From: a virus
Taxonomy: Duplodnaviria; Caudoviricetes
Direction: 5' to 3' (one strand)
IMG/VR virus record: IMGVR_UViG_3300028590_000018
Location: 1 to 57,403 of that record
DNA: 57,403 nucleotides
Shown here: piece after piece, positions 1-8,537 of the stretch
Layout of the letters: each line of letters begins with the position of its first letter
How positions within the stretch are numbered: position 1 is the first letter of the stretch
Position numbers and translations under genes: made by a program
The notes under the pieces: generated by a model
What the model saw: the letters and a program-made list of their open reading frames with translations, nothing else
The model's database searches: none
What the model was told of the DNA's origin: nothing

Positions 1-11
1 GCACTTGGCAG

Positions 12-137
12 GCCAAGTGCCGGGCTCGATCTGTGTGCCGACCATGTATGTGCCGTCCTTGCGGATCGTGGTGGCCGGACCGGCTGGAGTGGTGGTTGCT
101 GGCGTTGTGGTCGACGCCGTGGAGCGGGCGATGACCG
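12..137. repeat. 126-bp direct repeat identical to 57278-57403 (circular contig overlap)
   Basis: gccaagtgccgggctc...cgggcgatgaccg occurs at both ends of the window. Confidence 0.97.
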
Positions 138-324
138 GTTCGACGATCGCGCGCGGCACGGTGGTGGACGGGGCGGTCTTCGATGCTTCGTTTGCTGCGG
201 TGCCGATGATCGCGGCGCAGCCACCGAATGTCAGGACGGCGACGGGGATAACGATCCACGGCCACACGCGAGGCTTCTTGCGGGGCGGCCAGGGCTGGGG
301 CGGGTACGGGTACTGGAAAGCCAT
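12..324 (-). CDS. 5' part of a membrane-anchored extracytoplasmic protein that spans the circular junction (continues to 57105)
   Basis: ATG at 324 with upstream GAAGGA; MAFQYPYPPQPWPPRKKPRVWPWIVIPVAVLTFGGCAAIIG, a Thr/Pro linker, then KDGTYMVGTQIEPGTW in frame with the 57105-57311 ORF. Confidence 0.9.
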
Positions 325-361
325 AGCGAGGTGTCCTTCGAGGTCTGTGGAGTGATGGCCT

Positions 362-590
362 TAGCCCACAACTTGGCCTACAGTCGCGAAGAAATATGCC
401 TCTGACCTGGGTTCCCTGGTGTGACACTTCCGCTTTGGGAGCGGAGGGTCGCAGGTTCAAATCCTGTCACCCCGACAAACAATCGACGTGAATCCCCTGG
501 TCAGGGGCTATTTCCCGTGAACCGCAGATCAAGCCGTGAAGGCTGGAGCAATCTGGATCAGTCTGGGGTAGCCTACAATTATCGCCTACA
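362..590. mobile_element. attP: attP site: core 429-476 (3' half of tRNA-Pro TGG) with paired arm-type repeats
   Basis: tccgc-tt-TGG-ga-gcgga anticodon arm, T-arm gcaggttcaaatcctgt and acceptor strand caccccgac, with no 5' tRNA half; TNGCCYACA repeats at 362, 374, 569, 582; directly upstream of integrase. Confidence 0.9.
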
Positions 591-607
591 GCACACAAGG
601 GGCTGCC

Positions 608-1972
608 ATGGAGCAACGCAACGGGACCTGGCGCGAGACCGTCGACGTCACCGCCGAGTCGCAGGCCGAGCTGATCAAACGAGTCGCCGCGGTGGAGCGG
701 CTGCTGAAAAAGCTTGCTGCCGAGAAGCCGAAGGTTCGCCGAGCCCGCGGAGAAGGCGCGCTGTACAAGCGAAACCGGGACGGAATGTGGGTCGGGCAGA
801 TCGAACTGCCGAAGGGCCCAGATGGCAAGCGCCGCAAATCCAAACCGGTGTACTCCAAGGACCGCGCCATCGCCGTCAAGAAGCTCGGCAAGGTGAAGGA
901 CAACCAGGCCAAGGGAATTGCGCAGGCCGATCAACGGCTCACGGTGAAGGCGTACCTGGAGGATTGGATCGAGCACGTCGCCAAACTCCGTCTCGACCCG
1001 GACGCATGGCGCACCTACCGGTCAGCGATCACCAACCGCATCGTCCCACCGATTGGCGGGACCCGGCTGATCGAGTTGTCGCCGGACGACATTCGCCAGA
1101 TGCACTCCTGGATCCTGTCCGCCACATACAAGCGCGGCGAGACCGTCAAGACCTACAGCACGCGCAGTGTGCAGGAGGCGCACAACGTGCTCTCCGCAGC
1201 GCTCACCGACGCGGTCGCCGACGGTAAGGCGTACCGCAACGTGTGCGAGCTCGTCAGCCGCCCACAGGTGCTCAGCAAGAAACATGGCGCGCTCACCGCC
1301 GAGCAAGCCCGAAAGGTGCTCCTGGCCGCGCTCGAGGACAAGGACCCATTGGTGACCCGGTGGGCGGCCGGGCTGATGCTCGGCGGCCGGCAGGGCGAAC
1401 TGCTTGGGCTCCAATGGGATCGAGTGGACCTCGAGCGCGGATCGCTGGATCTGGCTTGGCAACTGAAGTGGCTCAAATTGAAGCCCGGCGCCGACCCGGA
1501 GGACCCGAACCGCTTCGATGTCCGGCCGGACTTCGAGCACATCCCGATCTGGCGCGGAGCCGCGTTGACTCGGCCGAAAACCACGCTGTCGCAGCGGGTC
1601 ATCCCGATCCCCGAACCGCTCGCGGCGATCCTCATCGTGCATCGTGACCGCAGCGAGCCGAATCCGTGGAATCTGGTGTGGGTCAGCCCGCCCGGGAAGC
1701 GATGGAAGTTCGTCACGCCGGTGTCGGATGCGGCCGACCGGGAAGGATGGGCGGCCGCGCAGAAGCGCGCCGAGGTAGAGCCAGTGAGCGTGCATGGGAT
1801 GCGCGGGACCACAGCGACATTGCTGATGGAGGCGGGAGTGGATGCCAGGGTTATCCAGGCGATCATGGGGCACTCAGATGTGGTGACGACCCGCGGATAC
1901 CAGCAGGTCAGTATCGAGACGGCCCGGAAATCTCTCGGCAGCCTGGACGGGCTGTTGAAGATTGAGTGCTGA
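608..1972 (+). CDS. int: Tyrosine integrase
   Basis: RGEGALY arm-binding region, GGRQGELLGLQW (catalytic R), HGMR (HxxR), MGHS...TRGY (H, Y). Confidence 0.97.
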   Translation: MEQRNGTWRETVDVTAESQAELIKRVAAVERLLKKLAAEKPKVRRARGEGALYKRNRDGMWVGQIELPKGPDGKRRKSKPVYSKDRAIAVKKLGKVKDNQAKGIAQADQRLTVKAYLEDWIEHVAKLRLDPDAWRTYRSAITNRIVPPIGGTRLIELSPDDIRQMHSWILSATYKRGETVKTYSTRSVQEAHNVLSAALTDAVADGKAYRNVCELVSRPQVLSKKHGALTAEQARKVLLAALEDKDPLVTRWAAGLMLGGRQGELLGLQWDRVDLERGSLDLAWQLKWLKLKPGADPEDPNRFDVRPDFEHIPIWRGAALTRPKTTLSQRVIPIPEPLAAILIVHRDRSEPNPWNLVWVSPPGKRWKFVTPVSDAADREGWAAAQKRAEVEPVSVHGMRGTTATLLMEAGVDARVIQAIMGHSDVVTTRGYQQVSIETARKSLGSLDGLLKIEC

Positions 1973-1974
1973 GG

Positions 1975-2700
1975 TTAGAGCACTGCGATGATGAACGCGA
2001 CTACCGCTGGCGCTGTTATCGCTTCGGCGATGATCGTGATCTCGCGATCTGGCCAGTCGACAACCCCGATGGCGTTGGCTGCGATGAGCCCGGCGTACAC
2101 GGTGCCGAAAGCCGCGGAGACCCGGAGGGCGTGCATTCTGCGTCGAGCACGCCTTGCCGCGGCCTGAGTTTGGCGTAGCCCTGCGGTGGTGCCCAGGATC
2201 GTCGCTATCGCCAATGCCGCCAACCAGATTCCGTAGATCGCTGCGAATGCCTTGTCGGCCGGGTTGGTGGGCGTGAGCAGTGACCACGAGCTGTTGTGGC
2301 GGCTGTCTCCGAGTGTCCAGCAGATTGCCAGGGCGATCCAGGCGAGGGTGCTGATGCCGACGACGTAGGGGATAAGGTGTGCTGCGCGAATGGCTCTCAC
2401 GGAGATGTTCATCAAAGTGGTGAACATGAACGCCATGAGCGCGGTCCCTATGAGCAGGGCGATGGAGCCGACGGTGGAGCCGGGGGCGATGACATTGGTC
2501 GGGCCGCCGAGGGGTGAGATGAGGTTCATTGTCGCGGAAGCGGCGGCGGCGAGTGTGAATGCGCGGAAGTTTCTATCGGTATGCCAGCGCGTGTGTAGTC
2601 GATCTAACGCAGTGAGTAACAGGATTATTCGGTATGGCGCTGGTGTCACTTGATGGATCATAGATCCGAGATCCGACATTTCGGATGCGGTTGCCTCCAA
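1975..2700 (-). CDS. Multi-pass membrane protein (possibly MAB_1171c-like); start uncertain (2700/2679/2661)
   Basis: About 6-7 hydrophobic segments; lies downstream of an XRE HTH gene. Confidence 0.7.
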   Translation of the reverse strand: MEATASEMSDLGSMIHQVTPAPYRIILLLTALDRLHTRWHTDRNFRAFTLAAAASATMNLISPLGGPTNVIAPGSTVGSIALLIGTALMAFMFTTLMNISVRAIRAAHLIPYVVGISTLAWIALAICWTLGDSRHNSSWSLLTPTNPADKAFAAIYGIWLAALAIATILGTTAGLRQTQAAARRARRRMHALRVSAAFGTVYAGLIAANAIGVVDWPDREITIIAEAITAPAVVAFIIAVL

Positions 2701-2732
2701 TTAACTCGCCCCGGTTTGCCCCCTAACCGCCC

Positions 2733-3032
2733 CTACTCGTCGCCGAAGATCTCGCCGAACACCTGCGCGGCGTGCCCACGCAGATCTACCCTGCCCTCAG
2801 CGAGGGCCCGCTTTGCCGCGTTGATGATGCCGCACTGCGTCGTCCCGAGCGCTGTAGCGATCGCCTCGAGCTGAACGATATTGGGGATGCGATGGCCGTA
2901 CTCGATTTCGCGGTATGTGGTCTTCTTCAGCCCCGCCGCGGCCCACATCTCAGGCTGGCTCAGGTTCGCCGCTTTCCGTCGCCGCTCAATCTCTTCGGCG
3001 ACAGCCGTGACAAGGGGTTCCCGGTTGGTCAC
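2733..3032 (-). CDS. XRE-family HTH regulator (second repressor-like protein)
   Basis: IERRRKAANLSQPEMWAAAGLKKTTYREIEYGHRIPNIVQLEAIATALG; GTG start 6 nt after a TATGCT -10 (leaderless). Confidence 0.85.
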   Translation of the reverse strand: MTNREPLVTAVAEEIERRRKAANLSQPEMWAAAGLKKTTYREIEYGHRIPNIVQLEAIATALGTTQCGIINAAKRALAEGRVDLRGHAAQVFGEIFGDE

Positions 3033-3126
3033 CGGGCCAGCATAGCCCTGACTGGACAGGCAACCAACTGATCGAGTGTCAAAAGTTTTCGACCGGGTAC
3101 CGCGAATAGCCAGCAAAAATCAACTA

Positions 3127-3155
3127 TTGCAGTACCCGGAAACCGGTACTACAGT
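3127..3155 (+). promoter_or_regulatory. SigA-type promoter with palindromic operator in the spacer
   Basis: TTGCAG-N17-TACAGT; spacer contains GTACC-cggaaacc-GGTAC. Confidence 0.6.
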
Positions 3156-3357
3156 CTGTTTTGCCTCCCTACTATGGAGGGCATCAAATCGAGCTATTCG
3201 CGACCTAGAGCTCCGCCGTCGGAGGGGACGGGCTACAACGGGCGCATGACCAGATAGTGGGTCGAGTCGTGGAATTCGAGGGCCAGCCCGCCGGTACGCC
3301 GGCGTCGGGTGTGTTCGGAATCGGTGAGCTAATCCACGGCGCTGGCATGCAGGCCGC

Positions 3358-3630
3358 TTGGGCAACGTGAAGCTCGGCCGAGGATCGGGATTGATAGGCA
3401 TGCAGTGTGATTCGGAATTACCGTGGCCCGTGGGCCGCAAATTCGCCAGCCCGCAGGCACTCTCGGTAGCATTGCTCGAGCTGAGCCCAGCTGAACTGGA
3501 ATCGACGGTCGGGCACGCGGCGGCGATCCGGTTCCGCCGCAGACATGAAACGATCTGCGATCTCATCGTGGCCGCGATCCGGGTGGGCACATCGCCTGTG
3601 CGGCTATTCGATTCCCTCGATATCTCGTAG
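3358..3630 (+). CDS. Small hypothetical protein, paralog of 4216-4473
   Basis: HETICDLIVAAIRVGTSP vs HETVRDLIIAAIWMGASP. Confidence 0.6.
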   Translation: MGNVKLGRGSGLIGMQCDSELPWPVGRKFASPQALSVALLELSPAELESTVGHAAAIRFRRRHETICDLIVAAIRVGTSPVRLFDSLDIS

Positions 3631-3670
3631 GGCTACGTCTAGGAACCCTCTCAAGGGCATGTCGAGAGCC
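3604..3670 (-). pseudogene. 3' remnant of a repressor paralog
   Basis: ALDMPLRGFLDVALRDIE matches the repressor C-terminus ALGIGLRTFLELALKDIE; no HTH upstream in frame. Confidence 0.6.
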
Positions 3671-4215
3671 GGAAGCCTGGGCGGGGCTGCTGGGGCTCGA
3701 GCGATGATGAAACCGGTCGGTCTGACTAATTTCGGTTTGCTGGAAATGAGCCGGGCAAACCGGACGTATCGAACACTATGGTCGGATTGTGTTGCCATGC
3801 AGATGATTTCCTCATCCCGGTGACGCATCATCCGAAACATGCACGCTAGCTACATATTTGCCACTGATTAACATGGAATCGTTACCTACCCAATGAAATG
3901 TTAAACACGCGGAATCCTAGGCGCGCCAGCCTGCGCGGACTATCATCCATAGTCACGGTTGAATGGCGAACTACCTTCGGCCAGTTGATAACTGAATAGT
4001 CACGGTGTGACGGCCTAGACGCAGGCCGAGGCATCGCCGCGTTGAAGAAACAGCGCGGACCCCCGCCAGCAACGGCTTCGCTCATTTTGTCGGCGGCATG
4101 TGGGAGCATCCGTAGAGTTGATAGCCATTGGTACGCGGGGGATACCGAACATGAGTTTTGTCGAACCACTAGCGGGATCTGTCGGGGCTGACCGCAGCGG
4201 CGCGATGAGGAGGGA

Positions 4216-4473
4216 TTGTGCGCCATGGATGAGAGCCCCTATGCCGACCCGAAACTAGGCGGCTCGATGCGGGAGTCGCGCCACTTCCACAGCCCCAGCG
4301 AACTTGTTGATGCCGTGTTGTGTGAGTGTCAAGGGGAAGTGGAAACAGCGCTCGGATACATGACCGCAGACCGCCTCCGCACTGGCCACGAGACGGTCCG
4401 GGATCTGATCATTGCGGCGATCTGGATGGGGGCTAGTCCGACGGAGATGTGGTCGGATGTTCGATGTCCTTGA
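4216..4473 (+). CDS. Small hypothetical protein convergent with and overlapping the repressor 3' end
   Basis: GAGGAGG RBS upstream; paralog at 3358-3630. Confidence 0.65.
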   Translation: MCAMDESPYADPKLGGSMRESRHFHSPSELVDAVLCECQGEVETALGYMTADRLRTGHETVRDLIIAAIWMGASPTEMWSDVRCP

Positions 4474-4702
4474 GCGCTAACTCAAGGAATGTTCGTAGCC
4501 CAATGCCTAGGGCGCTTGTCAGGGCTGCCATCTGCTTCGTGTTCGGAGACCGGGCGGCCTCCTCGAAGCGCTGAATGGTCTTGGCGCTGACTCCGCTGTC
4601 GGCGGCCAGTTTTTCTCGCGATAGCCCTTTCGTGAGCCGCTGGGCACGAAGCTCGTTGCCAATCGCCAGATCTATCGATTGGGCGAGTCCTTCGATGTCC
4701 AT
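4433..4702 (-). CDS. Immunity repressor (XRE HTH)
   Basis: ELRAQRLTKGLSREKLAADSGVSAKTIQRFEEAARSPN; divergent from cro-like gene; leaderless ATG 7 nt after the -10. Confidence 0.88.
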   Translation of the reverse strand: MDIEGLAQSIDLAIGNELRAQRLTKGLSREKLAADSGVSAKTIQRFEEAARSPNTKQMAALTSALGIGLRTFLELALKDIEHPTTSPSD

Positions 4703-4709
4703 GTGGGCC

Positions 4710-4738
4710 ATTTTGGGTCCAAACGGTCCTAACGTCAA
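4710..4738 (-). promoter_or_regulatory. Repressor promoter with operator in the spacer
   Basis: Minus strand TTGACG-N17-CAAAAT-N7-ATG; spacer holds GGACCGTTTGGACC. Confidence 0.75.
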
Positions 4739-4789
4739 TCTCCAAGCCTCCCCTAACTGGGAACGCATGATTGCGACCGCACTCAGGTC

Positions 4790-4834
4790 TTGACATTGGT
4801 CCATACGGTCCATACTTTGGACCGTATGGACCAA
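4790..4834 (+). promoter_or_regulatory. Early lytic promoter overlapped by a 17-bp perfect inverted repeat (operators)
   Basis: TTGACA-N17-TACTTT-N7-ATG; TTGGTCCATACGGTCCA-tactt-TGGACCGTATGGACCAA. Confidence 0.85.
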
Positions 4835-5041
4835 CTAGATCGGTACATCGCCGACAACGTCCTCCGCGAAATGTCCATCGCGGCAATCGAAGTAGACCGG
4901 CTCGCCGAGCTTGTTGGCATGTCCGAGCGTACCTTGTGGCGCCGCCTCACCGAGGGCGGATTCAAGATGCGTGAGCTGGGACTTATCGCCGACGCCCTGC
5001 ACTGCCAGCTGCACACCCTCGTAAAGGGGAAGGCGGCATGA
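4826..5041 (+). CDS. Cro-like HTH protein
   Basis: DRLAELVGMSERTLWRRLTEGGF; first gene of the rightward operon. Confidence 0.8.
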   Translation: MDQLDRYIADNVLREMSIAAIEVDRLAELVGMSERTLWRRLTEGGFKMRELGLIADALHCQLHTLVKGKAA

Positions 5042-5283
5042 GCGCCGGTACCGCGGGGCGCGTCGACGTAGCTCAGATCTCCTACAACGTGCGACAGGCG
5101 CACCTGGCGACGGGCATTGGCGAGTCCACCATTCGCAAGCTTGTCCGCGAAGGCCACCTCGCCGCCCGCTACCTTGGGTCCACTCTGCTGATCGACGCCG
5201 AGGACCTCCAGCGGTTCTACGCATCGCTGCCCAGCGAGAAGCAGGTCGACCGTGACGTCGCCGCGAATCGCGGTGTGGCATGA
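5038..5283 (+). CDS. xis: Excisionase-like DNA-binding protein
   Basis: YNVRQAHLATGIGESTIRKLVREGHLAARYLGSTLLI. Confidence 0.8.
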   Translation: MSAGTAGRVDVAQISYNVRQAHLATGIGESTIRKLVREGHLAARYLGSTLLIDAEDLQRFYASLPSEKQVDRDVAANRGVA

Positions 5284-6119
5284 CCGATCTCACCCTTGCC
5301 GCCGCGCGTTCCGAGCGTGATGCTCTCGCCGCCCGCACCGATGTCCTCGACAAGGTAGGCGTGCTGCGCACCCTGCCCGATGACATGCACGTCACCACAG
5401 AGATGGTGGCCGAGTTCTACGAGGTGCCCGAGGGAACGATTCGCGCGCTGGTGCTCGACAACCGCGACGAGATCGAGACGGACGGCTACCGCGTCGTCAC
5501 TCGGTCGGCGTTCGAGGGGAGTTACCCGAAGCAACTCACCTCCTCGGCCAGCCGGATCGCCTTGTTCCCGCGTCGGGCTGTGCTCCGGGTCGGGATGCTG
5601 CTCCGGGATTCGTTGGTAGCCCGGAAGGTTCGGGACCACTTGCTCGACGCCGAAGCCGCTGCGCCGCGTGAGCTGAGCGAGGACGAGATCATCCGCAACG
5701 CGGTGCAGATCCTCGACGGCCGGGTGCGGGCGCTCACGGTGGCGAACAAGGAGCTGACCGACAAGATCGCCGAGGACGCACCGAAGGTCAACTACGTCGA
5801 GCTGTACGTGGCCGAGTCGGACCTGTTGAAGCTGCGGGTGGTCGCCGCGAACAACGACGTCGGTGAGGAATGGCTTCGGGACCTGCTGCTCGCGCGTGGC
5901 TGGATCTACGTGGAGACCGAGTCTCGCTGGTCGGAACGTAAGCAGTGCAAGGAGATCCGCCGCCGCTATTCGGCGTACGCGCACAAGCGGCAGTACTTCC
6001 GCCCGGTCGAGGTGCATGAAGCGCCGCGTTTCAAGGGCGAGGTCATGCACACGTTGAAGGTCACCCCGGCTGGCGCTGAGGCTATCGCGCGCCTGATTTC
6101 GAAGGAGCGCGCGGCATGA
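5280..6119 (+). CDS. Phage antirepressor (KilAC/ANT-type C-terminus)
   Basis: DAPKVNYVE...TLKVTPAGAEAIARL; position after cro and xis. Confidence 0.85.
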   Translation: MTDLTLAAARSERDALAARTDVLDKVGVLRTLPDDMHVTTEMVAEFYEVPEGTIRALVLDNRDEIETDGYRVVTRSAFEGSYPKQLTSSASRIALFPRRAVLRVGMLLRDSLVARKVRDHLLDAEAAAPRELSEDEIIRNAVQILDGRVRALTVANKELTDKIAEDAPKVNYVELYVAESDLLKLRVVAANNDVGEEWLRDLLLARGWIYVETESRWSERKQCKEIRRRYSAYAHKRQYFRPVEVHEAPRFKGEVMHTLKVTPAGAEAIARLISKERAA

Positions 6120-6340
6120 TCCCCACCGGATCCAATCCCCAATCCTCCGTAGACGTCTGGAACTCGGTCGCCCCGGTAGGTACCCCGGTCCGCTACTGGG
6201 TCGGGCGCGAGCCGCGCCAGGCGCTCACCACTTCTCGGGCGCTGGTTGTTGATGGGGTCGCGTCGGTGCGTGTGAGTGGTCGCGCTTTCCCGGTCGCTCT
6301 GTCGCACGTCAGCCTCGTATGTGACGGCGGTGCCGCGTGA
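6116..6340 (+). CDS. Hypothetical protein
   Basis: ATGA overlap; WNSVAPVGTPVRYW. Confidence 0.7.
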   Translation: MIPTGSNPQSSVDVWNSVAPVGTPVRYWVGREPRQALTTSRALVVDGVASVRVSGRAFPVALSHVSLVCDGGAA

Positions 6341-6753
6341 CCGCCATCCTGATCTACGTCGCCGTCTGGGCGGCTGTCGCTGTCGCCATCAGCTTGCTGC
6401 TCGGCCGCTACCTCGGCCGCCGACCCCGTTCCTACCCAAGCCCCCTCAGCGCGGTTTCTGGCCGTTCCGTCGTCCGTGCTCCTGCCAGAGATTCAGGGCG
6501 ACAGACCGGTAGCTCCGCCGCGCTTGAGGGAACAGGGGCACGTTCTGGCGATGGCCGTGGGGGCTCCCCTCGCCCCGCGTTGAGCCGTCAGGACGTGCCC
6601 CGCCCCTGCGGTTGGTGGGTCGGACCTGTCTGGAAGCTCGACGGTGAGACGTGCGTCTGTCGCCTCGTCGCTCCTCATCCCGGGCCGCATGAATGCACTT
6701 GCGGCGCTTCGTTCGAGGGCTGTGGCCATCCTCCTGCGGAGGTGCAGCAATGA
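6337..6753 (+). CDS. Hypothetical protein with N-terminal TM helix and Cys/His-rich C-terminus
   Basis: GTGA overlap; CVCRLVAPHPGPHECTCG. Confidence 0.6.
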   Translation: MTAILIYVAVWAAVAVAISLLLGRYLGRRPRSYPSPLSAVSGRSVVRAPARDSGRQTGSSAALEGTGARSGDGRGGSPRPALSRQDVPRPCGWWVGPVWKLDGETCVCRLVAPHPGPHECTCGASFEGCGHPPAEVQQ

Positions 6754-7061
6754 GCACTACCCAGCTGCGCCGCGCCCGCAAGTCGCATTGGTGTGGGAGT
6801 TGCGGCCGAAGCCCGATCCGTCCCGGCGACCACTACCTCATGCACACGGACTTTCCGGGTAGCGACGTCGGATGTGCCGATGCCGCTGGTCATCCGGTGC
6901 GTCTCGCTGAATGCCGTAGCTGCGCTGAGCGCTATGGGCGCGGCGCACTGTTCCCGACTTCCTCGGCCCCGGTGAGCTCGACTCCTGGGGTTGAGGACGC
7001 ACCCTCGGCGTCACGTGACGGGACGCCTGCCGCCGAGGGTGCCTACCACTTCCCGTCTTGA
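6750..7061 (+). CDS. Zn-finger hypothetical protein
   Basis: ARKSHWCGSC...IRPGDHY...ECRSC. Confidence 0.7.
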   Translation: MSTTQLRRARKSHWCGSCGRSPIRPGDHYLMHTDFPGSDVGCADAAGHPVRLAECRSCAERYGRGALFPTSSAPVSSTPGVEDAPSASRDGTPAAEGAYHFPS

Positions 7062-7134
7062 GACGGGATATGGCCGCCGAGTGCCCAAACTCGACGGCCA
7101 TCAATTTCCAAACAACGAGAGACGAGTTTACCTG

Positions 7135-7356
7135 ATGTCCATCCATTCGACCGCGTACAGGCGGTTCGTGCGTCAACTGCGGCATACCGCAACAGATTCC
7201 GTCGACCACCGGACGGGGGAGTTGCTCGCGTCCGCCGACAACGACACCGCTTTGGCGCTGTTGTACGTGATGTACGCGGAGGATCCGCCGACGATGCGGG
7301 CGTTCCAGATCGCTGCCGAGGGCCTGTCCCTGCTGAACGCGGAGGTGGCGCGATGA
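7135..7356 (+). CDS. Hypothetical protein, paralog of 7850-8080
   Basis: SVDHRTG...PTMRAFQIA. Confidence 0.7.
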   Translation: MSIHSTAYRRFVRQLRHTATDSVDHRTGELLASADNDTALALLYVMYAEDPPTMRAFQIAAEGLSLLNAEVAR

Positions 7357-7853
7357 CCGAGCTCACCCCGATCAAGGGCAGCCCCCACCCCACGCTTGTA
7401 GCTGAAGATCTGCGCGCGTTGGCGTCTCTCGTCGAGAACGACGGTGACGGGTTCCTCGCGGCGTTGATCACACAGCTGTTCACGAGGAACGCTGTGTGGC
7501 CCGCCCATTCCATCGCTCACGGCGATCGTTATGGCCAGGGTCGTGCGGTCATGGCCGAAACCATCCGCCGCCTCAAGACCATCGCGACGGCCCCGGTCGG
7601 CAAGGACTTCAAGGAGGGAGGCGAAGGCTACCTCGATGTCACGGTGCCGTTGCAGGCGTTGCAGATCGTTTTGACCGACCTGCGTGCGCAGGTGTGCGAG
7701 CGGGTCGTCACCGGAACGCAGACCGTCACCGAGGAGGTCCCTGACCCCGACTACATCGCCGCCGCACCGAAGGTCACCGTGACCCGTGAGGTCGAGTCGG
7801 TCGAGTGGAACTGCGTCCCGATTCTTTCTCACGATGCGGCGGTGCAGTCGTGA
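7353..7853 (+). CDS. Hypothetical protein
   Basis: GGAGG RBS, ATGA overlap. Confidence 0.8.
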   Translation: MTELTPIKGSPHPTLVAEDLRALASLVENDGDGFLAALITQLFTRNAVWPAHSIAHGDRYGQGRAVMAETIRRLKTIATAPVGKDFKEGGEGYLDVTVPLQALQIVLTDLRAQVCERVVTGTQTVTEEVPDPDYIAAAPKVTVTREVESVEWNCVPILSHDAAVQS

Positions 7854-8080
7854 GCACCCTGAAGCGTCCCCCGTGGGTGGAGTACGTGGCCGCCCTGGTC
7901 GGCACCGAGGAAGGTTCGGTCGCTCACGAGATCGGTAAGCGGGTGTGGGAGTTGTCCACATCCGACGCGGTCTATGAGTTCGTGACCGAGGTCATGCGCG
8001 ACAACGCACCGAACACGCGGGCATTCGAGATCGCCTGGGATGTGTGGGCGCTGCTCAGCGGACGGGTGGTGGCGGCATGA
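7850..8080 (+). CDS. Hypothetical protein, paralog of 7135-7356
   Basis: SVAHEIG...PNTRAFEIA. Confidence 0.7.
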   Translation: MSTLKRPPWVEYVAALVGTEEGSVAHEIGKRVWELSTSDAVYEFVTEVMRDNAPNTRAFEIAWDVWALLSGRVVAA

Positions 8081-8349
8081 GCTACGACCACGGCCCGCTC
8101 GATACTTACGAGATCATCTGGGCGACGGGGTATGTCGAGTACATCGCCGCGCACCAGGTGCTGCTGCCGCCGAATGACATGTTCTCCGCGTTCATCCCCG
8201 GGGCGACCGCGACGAAGAAGCGGGACGGCTGGACATTCCACGGCCAGATCGACGGCCGCTGGAAGCTGCTGTTGTTCGCGCCCGCTGAGGACATCAAGTC
8301 GGTTCGCAATGTCACCCACACCCGCGACTCGGCGGGCGGTGCGTCATGA
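8077..8349 (+). CDS. Hypothetical protein
   Basis: ATGA overlaps at both ends. Confidence 0.75.
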   Translation: MSYDHGPLDTYEIIWATGYVEYIAAHQVLLPPNDMFSAFIPGATATKKRDGWTFHGQIDGRWKLLLFAPAEDIKSVRNVTHTRDSAGGAS

Positions 8350-8537
8350 GCGCGCGCCTGCATCTGCCGCACCCACACATGCCTCACCTGCGTCTCACCG
8401 AGGCACTGCTGGCGGGGTTCGCCGAGGGCGTGGTGGCGAAGTTCCAACACCATCCCGCCCCGATCGTCCCGGACGGACACGACTGGGACGACTGGCATTA
8501 CGCACCCGAACAAGCCGACTGGGAGGCCGAGCGATGA
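8346..8537 (+). CDS. Hypothetical protein
   Basis: ATGA overlaps at both ends. Confidence 0.7.
   Translation: MSARLHLPHPHMPHLRLTEALLAGFAEGVVAKFQHHPAPIVPDGHDWDDWHYAPEQADWEAER

Noticed and set aside
421-480. Complete tRNA-Pro gene
   Set aside because: Only the anticodon arm to acceptor 3' strand is present, with no 5' strand or D-arm; this is the attP core
4144-4165. LexA/SOS box
   Set aside because: CGAACatgaGTTTT matches only part of the TCGAAC-N4-GTTCGA consensus
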